NCBI GenBank assembly: GCA_046563655.1
Contig: CM102286.1
Coordinates: 62,001 to 126,000, forward strand
DNA from: Yuukianura sp. NJ FZ-2021
Taxonomy: Eukaryota
Reading direction: 5' to 3'
Length of the DNA stretch: 64,000 nt
In this document: one piece after another, positions 33,927 through 44,111 of the stretch
How the letters are laid out: each line of letters opens with the position of its first letter
Position numbering within the stretch: position 1 is the first letter of the stretch
Made by a program: the position numbers and the translations under genes
Notes under the pieces: generated by a model
The model's database searches: none
What the model saw: the letters and a program-made list of their open reading frames with translations, nothing else
What the model was told of the DNA's origin: nothing

Positions 33927-34755
33927 AACTAAATTTTTAACGTTTTGGAATTTGGAATTATGTTATTTAAAAAGAGTGATTTTCCTACTAAATTTTTAGC
34001 GTTTTGGAATTTGGAGTTATGTTATTTAAAAAGAGTGATTTTCCGACTAAATTTTTAACGTTTTGGAATTTGGAATTATGTTATTTAAAAAGAGTATTTT
34101 TCCTACTAAAATTTTAACGTTTTGGAATTTGGAATTATGTTATTTAAAAAGAGTATTTTTCCTGCTAAAATTTTAACGTTTTGAAATTTGGAATTATATT
34201 ATTTAAAAAGAGTGATTTTCCTACGAAATTTTTCACGTTTTGGAATTTGGAATTATGTTATTTAAAAAGAGTATTTTTCCTGCTAAAATTTTAACGTTTT
34301 GAAATTTGGAATTATATTATTTAAAAAGAGTGATTTTCCTACGAAATTTTTCACGTTTTGGAATTTGGAATTATGTTATTTAAAAAGAGTATTTTTCCTG
34401 CTAAAATTTTAACGTTTTGGAATTTGGAATTATATTATTTAAAAAGAGTGATTTTCCTACGAAATTTTTCACGTTTTGGAATTTGGAATTATGTTATTTA
34501 AAAAGAGTGATTTTCCTACTAAATTTTTAACGTTTTGGAATTTGGAATTTTTTTTTCAAAGAGAGTGATTTTCCTACTAAATTTTTAACGTTTTGGAATT
34601 TGGAATTATGTTATTTAAAAAGAGCTATTTTCCTACTAAAGTTTTAACGTTTTGGAATTTGGAATTATGTTATTTAAAAAGAGTATTTTTCATACTAAAT
34701 TTTTAACGTTTTGGAATTTGGAATTATGTTATTTAAAAAGAGCGATTTTCCTACT
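33927..34755. repeat. Second 59-bp satellite array, ~14 copies
   Basis: Same unit and orientation as 22765-24215, with different variant positions. Confidence 0.95.
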
Positions 34756-35099
34756 ATCTATCCATTATACTAATGAGAAGTTGCTATTCCGAAATACCAT
34801 AGTTAACCGATTTCCGAAGCGTATAGTGCCAAAAAAAAACCAAAAATACCTCTTGATAATTTTGCCTCAGACTTTTTATCTGTATGCTAGACACATCGTA
34901 TCAGGAACAGATTTCAGTGCGATTTAACCCCAGGGACATCAGCTAAAACTTTAGAATTCAGTGTGATTTAACACCAGACACATTAGCTAAAATTTCAGAA
35001 TTCAATATGATTGGCCAGCTCCCCGATAATCCTCAAATCATCAACCTCCCTGGGAAAAATCCAACTACGCTGCTTATATTGTGAGCAGGACGATTGAAC

Positions 35100-35144
35100 G
35101 GGTCTGGGGCGGAGCCCCAGCAAGCTTTGCGCAGCAAAGCTGGT
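35100..35144 (+). mobile_element. Helitron-like 3' terminus
   Basis: GC-rich hairpins ctggggc-gga-gccccag and agctttgc-gca-gcaaagct, ending in CTGG followed by T (CTRR|T). Confidence 0.55.
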
Positions 35145-35150
35145 AATATT

Positions 35151-38007
35151 CTATTTACCTTGACCGAGAACAGCAACATCCATCCAGTCCGGCAGTTTTT
35201 GTCCAGCATCGTTCAGTATGTTCTTCAAAGCAGCCATGATTCCCGCGTCGCGTTCTTGATCAAAAAAAGAAATTGCCCGTCCACTGTTCGCCACACGTCC
35301 AGTTCGTCCAATACGGTGCACATATTCGTCAATCTCAGAAGGTAGGTCGAAGTTGATGACCGTAGTGACCTTCGGAATATCTAAAAAATCAAAATAAGGT
35401 CCAAAGTTAAACCAAACAAAACTTCAATACTAGTCGTACTCAATATTTACCCAGCACTTACCCAATCCACGAGCTGCGACAGCTGTCGACACCTGAATCT
35501 GGCGTGTTCCACAAGCGAACTCTCGAAGTGCAGTTTCACGTTGACTTTGAATTCGGTCTCCCTGGATGGACGTGCAGGAAAAGCCCTGAATGACGAGCGA
35601 AGTAGCCAATAAGTCTGCTCCTTTCTGGGATGCGCAGAACACCAACACCTTCTCGTTCTCGTCCAACCCTCTCAAAATCTCGATCAGTCGTCCACGCTTC
35701 TCCTTCCGATCCACTTGCTCAAAAACTTGCTCCACATCTTTACAAGCTCCTCCCACAATTCCAACGGTGACAAAGATGTAATTGTTGAGGAAATCCTTGG
35801 CAGAATCCTGAATTTCTTGAGGGAAAGTTGCAGAGAACATTCCTGAAGTACGTTGTTCCTAACAAAAATTCATTTATTACAAAAGTTGAATATTTTTATT
35901 TAAATCGTATCTATACCTTTGGCGGCAACTGCTCTACGATTTTCTGGACATCTCCCATGAATCCCATGTCCAGCATCCGATCCGCTTCATCCAAAATAAA
36001 AAATACAATTTTGTCCAGTACGACGTGACCGCCGTTGAGAAATTGCAACATTCTCCCAGGCGTGGCTACCAAAATGTTGCAGCCACTCTGTAAAGATAAA
36101 GAAAAGTTGAAAAATCAAAAAGTATGCCAAAAAAATCAGTTTTCAAATCGTTAAAGTTTTTTTTCTTACGTGTATTTGGTTCCGTTGAGCGAAACTGGTA
36201 GTCCCACCGTAGATGACTCGAGTCTTAACCATTGAATTTTGAGCATAGAGGTTGCCCTCTTTTCCAATCTGAACAGCCAGCTCACGAGTAGGTGCAAGGA
36301 TCAGTGCCTCTGGTCGTGCTGGAATAGTTGAGGGCGGCGAAAGCTCTTGGCTGGACATCAGTTCATTGATAATAGGAAGCAAAAAGGCACACTGAAAGCA
36401 AAAAATAACACGAATCATTACGTTTTCCTCCATCAATTGTTTTTGTCTTACGCTCTTTCCAGATCCAGTTTGGGCACAAGCCATTACGTCTCTTTTGGAA
36501 GCGAGTATGGGGTAGACGTCCTGTTGAATCGGTGTTGGTTTAGTGTAGCCCACTTTTGCCAAGTTAGTCATAATCAAATCACGTAGTTCCATTTTGCTAA
36601 ACGAGTCAATTGGCGGTGGAACATTGTCACCGGAAGCCTAAATCAACAAATAAAATGAAATAATAAAAATAATGAATCCAGAAAATGCCAAAAGGTAAAA
36701 CAGAGAAACTGGAATGCTCACCGTCACCGTCACAGGAATGTTTGCGTAGGCCGAGAAGTTGATGCCCGTTCCAGAGTGTGTGTTCTGTCGTTCTTGAAAA
36801 GCGTCTTCACCTTCAGCAAAATTGGCTGGTGTATAGCGTTCAGTCGGCTTCCCATCGGGTCCTACAGCCCCCTCTCCCTCTTCTGTCAAAAACCAAAAAC
36901 AATATTGGTAAAAATCATACACCGAAACATAAAGTCATGAAAGTGGAGTTTCCACTTACTCTTGTCCGGACAATCCTTCGAAAAGTGCCCTTCAGCCTCA
37001 CAGCGATGACAAGCACCTCCATCCTCAGCTAAATGTATGTAAAGAAAATAAATTAGTTTTAGTTTGAAATTAAAATTCAAACGTACGACTCGACTTACGT
37101 TTCGATGGACAATCTCTAGCCATGTGTCCAACATCCTTACAGATCATGCATCCACAAGATTTGTCTCCACCGCCTCCTCCTACAATTGCATAAGTAAATG
37201 ATTTCAAATAAAACAGTATTTGCTTGAAAGAACTTAACTGTATTTACTTTGCGAACAATCCTTTTCGAAATGCTCCTTCTCACCACATCTTCGACATGCA
37301 TTACCTCCTGGAGCTAAATAAGTGCAAATGCAAATTACCAAAGACACTACTGACTAATAACATCCAACATAACATGTAAATTCATGTTAATCGCTTACGC
37401 TTGGATGGACAATCACGAGACATGTGCCCCTCCTTGCCACAAGTCCTGCAAGTTATTTGACCACCACCTCTTCCGCCAGCTAAACGAAGAAACAAACGTT
37501 CAGCACAAATCCAAAACAAAATCTTTACATTATGCACGAAACATTTACATGTCGATGAACTTACAATTGGTTGGACAATCCCTGGAGTAATGACCTTCCT
37601 GTCCAGAGCTTCGGCATGCTCCTCCACCACCACCACCAGATCCTTTCAAAACGAAAAAAAACGTTGTTACAATCGATGCAAGAGCTACAATTACATGTTT
37701 TCGATAACGAAGCGTCTACGATCCCTCGTTACCTTTACTTGGACAATCCCTGGACATATGTCCTTCCTCTCCAGAGCTATGGAAAGATCGACCTCCTCCA
37801 CCACCAACAGATCCTAACAAAAAGGGAGGAAAATTAGTTGATAAGATCTCTTTCTAGTACTTATAATGCAGACCAGGTCAAATTTTAACTAAAGATGGCT
37901 TTATATCCTCCGTAACTTCACAAATCGATAAGTTCCTTACTTGGCTCTGGCTGCGTGCATTCCCGAGCGTAATGACCGTCTTCTCCGCAGTTTCGGCAAC
38001 CACTCAT
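35151..38007 (-). CDS. vasa: Vasa/DDX4-like DEAD-box RNA helicase with N-terminal CCHC zinc knuckles
   Basis: Thirteen coding exons in frame. Seven knuckle exons precede [69 protein letters not shown]. No acidic C-terminal tail exon was found. Confidence 0.85.
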
Positions 38008-38306
38008 GTTTGACCTTTAGTTTTGGATTAAAACCAAAGAATGCTCGTAGGTCAAGTGATCAGGATACCTTGTGAAAGTGGAGGACTCAAGTAGGACTTC
38101 AAAAATGGCGGAAAATGCTTGAACAAGCGATGACGATAACTTTGTTGAATGAGATACGGAAGCAGAGTGAGAAGCAGAGGAAGATGCACCACGGCAGTCT
38201 TCTGTCAAGAAAAAAAAGGAAATGAAGGAAGCGTCTCTTTTGTCTCGCGCGCCTTCTCTTTGCTGAGTGGATTTCAGTGGATTAGTGAAGGTCTCCTATG
38301 TTTACC

Positions 38307-39487
38307 TATGGAGGGGCAATAACGACTTTCACTATAATTTTTTTTTATCTTATAATTAAATATTTTTTCCTTAAAATAAAAAAAAAAGTTTACAAAAAGA
38401 AAAAAAAGTTTTTGAAAAAATTTTTTTTTTGTATTTAAAAAAATAATTTTTGTACTTAAAAGTATTTTTCTAAATTAGAAAAAATTTTTATAAACTTAAA
38501 AAAAAAGTTTAAAAGAAATATTTTTAGTTGTAAAGTTTTTTTTTTCGTATAGAAAAAAATTTTGTTTTTGGCCGAAAAAATATAAATGTGGAGCACTGTA
38601 AAGAAAAACTTTTGCAACAAAAAAATAAAAATGTGGAGAAATCCTGAGCTCAGGATTGTGACGTCATAAGCCAGGATTCGGTGGTCACTTGTGTTCTCCC
38701 AATTGCATACCACGCCACTCCACTGTTGCCGGTTTTGATATTCAGAGAGGACCACGCCGCCGTTGACAAGGCATTTTTTCTCGTGCCTGGGAGCAGCGGT
38801 GGGTGGTCCAAATGCTCGGTGGACAATAGACTTGCATAGAATGTCGGTAGCGCTAGTCTGGCGGAAAGAATGAGAAACATGTTTTTCTTTCCAGCGTTAT
38901 CAATTCTGGCCCCTTTTATTGCTGATATCGTGTGTTTCTCCTTCTTCCCGCCAGACTAGCGCTACCTATGCTCTATGCAAGTCTATTGTCCACCGAGCAT
39001 TTGGACCACCCACCCCCCGCTCCCAAGGCACGAGAAAAAACTGCCTTGCCCTCGCCCTCTCTGAATTTCAAAACCGACAACAGTGGACTCGCGTGGTAAG
39101 CAATTGGGAGAACACAACTGGCCACCGAATCCTGGCTTATGACGACACAATCCCAAAGAAAAATTTTTTCTTTTTAAAAAAAAAAAGTTTTCTCACAGTG
39201 CTCCACATTTATATTTCTTCCGTCAAAAATAAAGTTTTTTTAAGCGAAAATAAACTTTATAACTAAGCAAAATATTTTTTTGAAAAACTTTTTTTAGATA
39301 TAAAAAAATATTTCTAATTTAGAAAAATACATTTAAGTACAAAAATTATTTTTTTTAAATACAAAAAAAAAATTTTTTTCAAAACTTTTTTTTTCTTTTT
39401 GTAAACTTTTTTTTTTATTTTACGGAAAATTTTTTTAATTATAACATAAAAATAATTAATAGTGAAAGTCGTTATTCCCCCTCCATA
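38307..39487. mobile_element. Foldback-type element with ~550-bp inverted arms
   Basis: 38307-~38865 is the reverse complement of ~38945-39487 (termini tatggaggggcaataacgactttcacta / tagtgaaagtcgttattccccctccata). A direct repeat tttacc flanks it at 38301-38306 and 39488-39493. Confidence 0.85.
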
Positions 39488-39639
39488 TTTACCATTGCCA
39501 CAAAAAGTAAAAATAACTTTGTAAACTTTTACTCATTTCATTTTTCAAGTGCTAGAAAGTGTTAACTTTTGCAGTGTTCAATTGATTTGATTAACCTAAA
39601 TGTTCATCACAGTTCAAAGAGAGTAATCGATTAACCCAA

Positions 39640-40880
39640 ATGCTGTTTCGTCACAGTCCAAACGGAGGAGGGGCGACGGAGTTCCATCAGATGACCTCTC
39701 ATCAGGGCAAGTGGGAAAACACAACAACATTCAACCGGAGAACAAGCAGAAGTCATGTCAGGAGAGTTCTAAACAACGGAAAAGGTCAACTGAGTGCCAC
39801 TTACTCCTCCGGAAGTGACAGCGACTCCACGGATATCCACTTACGCGGTACAACGGTAGCCAGACACAGACTGTCCCACTTCTCAGAGACAGATGACGAC
39901 GATGACCATGTCAACTCCCCTCGTCGGAACAACGTCCAAGGGGGACTTAGAAGGGCCTTTTCCAGCGTCCTAGTCTGGATCTACTGGGCCATTGTCCAGT
40001 CATTCGTTTTCGAAAAATGGTTGCTAAATGTCACATCCAGAAGTAGAACCACTGTACCTCACCATCATTGTCAGGCGACTCTAATTGCTTCGCGAGCACT
40101 CGTCAGACAAGGAGCTTATCCTAGTACAACACGCAAAACTAACTGGAGAGCAGTCGCAGGATTCGTCTGTGTTCTCACTCTTCCGGTTCTTCTCTACTTT
40201 TTAGGCAAGTTTCACATTTCATAGTCCATTTTGTAGTACATTTGAGTAGTATTTTATAGTACATTTGATATAACTTTGTTTTAGGTTCGCTGTTGATGGG
40301 AGAGGAGCTGTCTAATCTTCAAGATCAGCTGACAGCAGAGCAACCCGTGATTCTCGAATCCTTACCGAGAGAGATCAAGTCAGATGTCGTCCATGACGTT
40401 GCTTCTTCGAAGTTTTTAAGTGCCAAAGAAAGCGAATTGAATTCTTAGAAATTCAGTGTTCCGCTTCCGTCTGATTCCGATTCTGGTGTTGATCTCGATG
40501 CGAAGATTCTAGCAGCAATCAATTCTGCTAAACCTGACTGGTCAAGCTTTCTGACCGACGCTGCTCTGGATGCCAAGATTCGAGCAGCAATCAACGCTGC
40601 CAAAGTTGGTCATGCGAACTACCTGACAGAAGATGCCATTGACGCCAAGATGTACGCAGCAATCATTGCCCACAAATCGGATCAGTCTCACTTTTTGACC
40701 GACGCTGCTCTTGATGCAAAGATTCGAGCAGCAATTGCTACCCAAAAAGCTGAATTGACAGATTCTCTGACGGAAGGCGATGTGGATGCAAAAATTCGAG
40801 CTGCAATTGATGCTGTAAAGGCAGAATGGCCACTGACAGAAACTATTATTGATGCGAAGATTACAGCAGCAATTTACTAA
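39640..40880 (+). CDS. Membrane protein with ~24-aa tandem repeats, probably the N-terminal part of a SUN-domain nuclear envelope protein, 3'-truncated
   Basis: Ser/Arg/Asp-rich N-terminus, a hydrophobic patch, a TM segment (AVAGFVCVLTLPVLLYFLG), a GC-AG intron at 40205, then six LTxxxxDAKIxAAI repeats. It stops abruptly where AT-rich DNA starts. The SUN assignment is architectural inference only. Confidence 0.5.
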
Positions 40881-41595
40881 AAAATTTTTTTAGTACACTC
40901 AACTACGAAATTTGCAAGGTTAGATAAGGCTTGGCTAATTTGCACATTTTTTGCATAGATGCCAATTTCAAATGAACGGGTACGGGTTCATTTGCAAAAT
41001 TTAACAATCTTTGCAACTCAATTCTCAAACAAGTTGCAAAAAACTAGTCTTGCGGTAAAAACACTCGTTTTAATTTTGAATCTCATTAAAAGTTAACTCA
41101 CGCTTCTATTTCAAGCTATGACTCTAACAACATCAATCAAAAACACAAAAAATTTAAAATGTTTTAGCGAAATGGAATTTTGCATTTTCAGCGATTCTGA
41201 CAAAAATTTCTTTTTTCTTAAGCTCCACACTCAGAAAATTTTGCTTTTAAAAGTTTTTCTTCAAAAACTCACAGCCAGTTTAATTTTTTTCAACAATAAC
41301 ACAGAAATAAACAAACACAAAAATGTAAACAAAAAAAATGTAACACAAAAATAAAAAGTACGCCCACTTCTTTTACTGACTTGGCAAAAATCTTAAGATT
41401 TCATTTTTTTTTTACAAATGAGGCCATGCTGACCTTGTACTTTGCAAAATTAAAGTTAATTTACAAAGTTAATTTAATAAGGTACAAAAGTTATTTGATG
41501 CTTTACTCTACATTCATTTTACTTTCTACTTTTCTTTTTCCAAGTCTAAACTTCTGAAATTCCTGAAACTCTGAAATTTCTGAAACTTGTGACGT

Positions 41596-41907
41596 TCAGC
41601 GTCTGAATTCTATGGGTTCGATGACCCCTGACTTGTTTTTGTCCATGTTTCCAAAGTTGTGGAGCACTTCGCTGACGACAAATGGCGGCAAATCAGAGTC
41701 CTGCAGCCCCTCTGCGTACTCTTCCTTCGTCAGAGCCCCACTTCCATCCGAGTCGAACTTCCGGAACAGTTCGTCATCCTCCGGAATCTCCGAATACACG
41801 ATACTCGGCTGCAGCGAGGCCGAAGAAGGAGCGTCGCCCAATGGAGCTGTCGAGGAAAGTGTCAGCAAATACGAAATTCCAACGAAAAGCCACGCCTTCT
41901 TACTCAT
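41596..41907 (-). CDS. Small secreted two-EF-hand protein, 103 aa
   Basis: Signal peptide MSKKAWLFVGISYLLTLSST, then EF loops DSDGSGALTKEE and DKNKSGVIEPIE. Confidence 0.8.
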   Translation of the reverse strand: MSKKAWLFVGISYLLTLSSTAPLGDAPSSASLQPSIVYSEIPEDDELFRKFDSDGSGALTKEEYAEGLQDSDLPPFVVSEVLHNFGNMDKNKSGVIEPIEFRR

Positions 41908-42238
41908 TTCCGCCTGACGTTTGAGTGACGTTTCCGCTTTACGTTGACTTTACGTTTCTAGTTTCTGGTTTCCGGTGATGTCGCGATCGGCTTTCGTGAA
42001 AATTCTCGAATTGTGTTCTGCGTTGCTTGCGGTTTCTGTAGAAGTTCGTGAGTGTCTGCGTTTCTTGCGGTTTTTGATCTTTTTGTGTCTGATGTTGCGA
42101 TTTGTGTGCGCCGTGAAAGTTGTGAGTGGGGTTTTGGGTCCGGTTTTTCGCTTTTAAGGTACTAAAAAGTACTTTTTAAAAAGTACAACAGCATCTTTTT
42201 TGATGAAACTGTTCTATCCAATGTCACTTGTGTTTTAG

Positions 42239-42370
42239 ATTGTTCATAATTATGGGCATGGTGGGTATGGAGTGACGACTGCCCCTGGAACAGCCCAATA
42301 TGCTGTCAATCTGTTCAAAGAGAGTCTCAGATCCAGCAACGGAAGTATCGCAGCATTGTCCAAACTTTAA
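42239..42370 (+). pseudogene. Orphan duplicate of the last exon of the D-amino-acid oxidase gene
   Basis: IVHNYGHGGYGVTTAPGTAQYAVNLFKESLRSSNGSIAALSKL* with its upstream intron but no earlier exons. Confidence 0.9.
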
Positions 42371-42459
42371 TATTTTCTTGCTTTGTACTTCTTGTTTGTA
42401 TGAGAATACATTGATTATTACACAAAATTGAATTGAAATGTTACATTAAATGTTAGAGT

Positions 42460-42921
42460 TCAGTGGCAGTAGAATAGTTGGTGGAATTTAAGCGTAGCAT
42501 CAGATCGGAAGTGTGTTTGGTTGAAGCGACAGAGTCCTGTGTCGCAGTACTTGCTCAGAAGGAGTGCAAATTGAGCTCCCACTTCTGCGTGGAAGTGAGC
42601 ATGCCCATGCTCAAAGTGATTTGTGTAGAGTGCCATGAAGGGAAGGTCAGAGGTCAGAGTGGCTCTTGTCGCATTCCGAGGGAAGCAACTGACAGTGGAA
42701 GGAACGTCTCTGCGCTTGCGTGAGAAGGAATTGGTTGTTTCTGCGTCTTGTCTATTTGAGAGTCTCTTCAAGTAGTCAGTGTTTTGTTTTTGATGGTCCA
42801 AGTAACGTCTGCAGGCAGCAAAGTAAAGTACTGCAAAACCAACCACAAAAAGCACTGACATCAAACTCCCTGAGCGAGATTCTCCAAACTTCCTCGTCCC
42901 TCGACTTCCAAACATTCTCAC
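42460..42921 (-). CDS. Uncharacterised ~150-aa proprotein, copy 2
   Basis: Identical to 25600-26061 except one S>A change in the hydrophobic segment. Confidence 0.55.
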   Translation of the reverse strand: MRMFGSRGTRKFGESRSGSLMSVLFVVGFAVLYFAACRRYLDHQKQNTDYLKRLSNRQDAETTNSFSRKRRDVPSTVSCFPRNATRATLTSDLPFMALYTNHFEHGHAHFHAEVGAQFALLLSKYCDTGLCRFNQTHFRSDATLKFHQLFYCH

Positions 42922-43280
42922 AATTTTTGATAAAGATTGGGAAACGAATTAAAAAGTGCTCAATTGGAATTGTCACGATTTCATTTCAGTTTGCAGTCCA
43001 ACTCTCCTTTTGTTTTCCTTTTGTTCAGTTTTACTCGTTTCCTTGGATTCTGAAAACAAAATCTTTTTTCTCTTTTGCATTTTGGAATCGAAAATTTTCC
43101 GAATGCAAAAATTTGGCTTTGTAATTTTTGACTGAAGACGAAAGCTTTATTGATGATTTGGAGATCCGTGTTTCATTTGCTTTACAAAAACAAGTGTTTC
43201 GAGTCAACGAAAGTAGAATAGGAACATTTAAAAAATATAAAAAAATCTTTAAAAAAAATATGGTATTAGGAGTGCGTAGT

Positions 43281-44111
43281 TTATTTTCCGTAGCCTCCTG
43301 CTGGTGCTGGTGCCGGAGCATGACCACCACCACCACCGTGGCCATAACCTCCGGACGGTTGCGGGTAGCGAGCTTCACCCTGCAAAAAGTTTAGTTGAAA
43401 ATTTAACGTCCAAAGTTCAGCTGAAAATTTAAGTTCAAGTTAAAAATGAAGCTGAAGGAGTAGGTTGTTGCCACTTGCCTGGTACTTGACGTCTGCGTTG
43501 AATCCATGTTGCCAGTCTACAATTCACAACATTCCGTCACTCTCTGTCTCAATATTCCTATTCAGTGTGTAGACTAAGTTTTACCTGCGTTGTAGGTCAC
43601 GATTTGTGTTCGTCCGTCAGGAAGAACCACTCTGTTCAAATCCAAATTTTGCACAAAATGTCCAAATAGTTCCAATGTTCGTCTTACCTGTATTCTCCGT
43701 TGACGTTCTGCCCATCGCTGCTCTCTCTCTGCCCGAAGTTGGCTCCCGAGTAGTGGTCATTCACTCCGTAGTTGAACTTGTACGGTCGAGGTGGGTACGT
43801 CGGTTGTTGCTAAGGGAAAAACCAAACAACTTGAAATTCATTTGGAATTCCCTCAATTTTTCAGTTTGAGTTGTTTACGTGTCCATAGCCACCGCCACCT
43901 CCTCCGCCGCCACCTCCGTAGCCACCAGCATTTCCACCCGCGCACAGGCCAAACACACACAGCAACCACAGGGCAAACAGTTTCTGTTTCAAAGTCAAAG
44001 GAATTCTCAAGCTAAACAATTTTTTTTTGAAGTAAAAATTAAAAAGAACACCTATTTTTTTTTGAGTTGAGAGTTAAAAGTGGATTGAGTTACCATGGGT
44101 GTTGACTTCAT
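43281..44111 (-). CDS. Pro-resilin-like cuticular protein with chitin-binding R&R (RR-2-like) domain
   Basis: Six exons: signal peptide, GGYGGG repeats, PRPYKFNYGVNDHYSGANFGQRESSDGQNVNGEYRVVLPDGRTQIVTYNADWQHGFNADVKYQGEARYP. The last intron has a GC donor. A TATA box (tataaaaag, minus strand) lies near 44172-44180. Confidence 0.92.

Larger units (their letters stand above)
42156..42946 (+). repeat. Direct duplication, copy 2 (matches 25306-26086)
   Basis: Differs from copy 1 by a few substitutions and by small indels in the intron part. Confidence 0.97.

Noticed and set aside
38456..39266. ORFs inside the foldback element as a transposase
   Set aside because: They are short, mirror each other across the two arms and show no DDE or DNA-binding motifs.
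26087..42155. Inserted block as an autonomous giant transposon or virus
   Set aside because: No transposase, integrase, recombinase, Rep/helicase or capsid gene is visible, and the block ends have no terminal inverted repeats.
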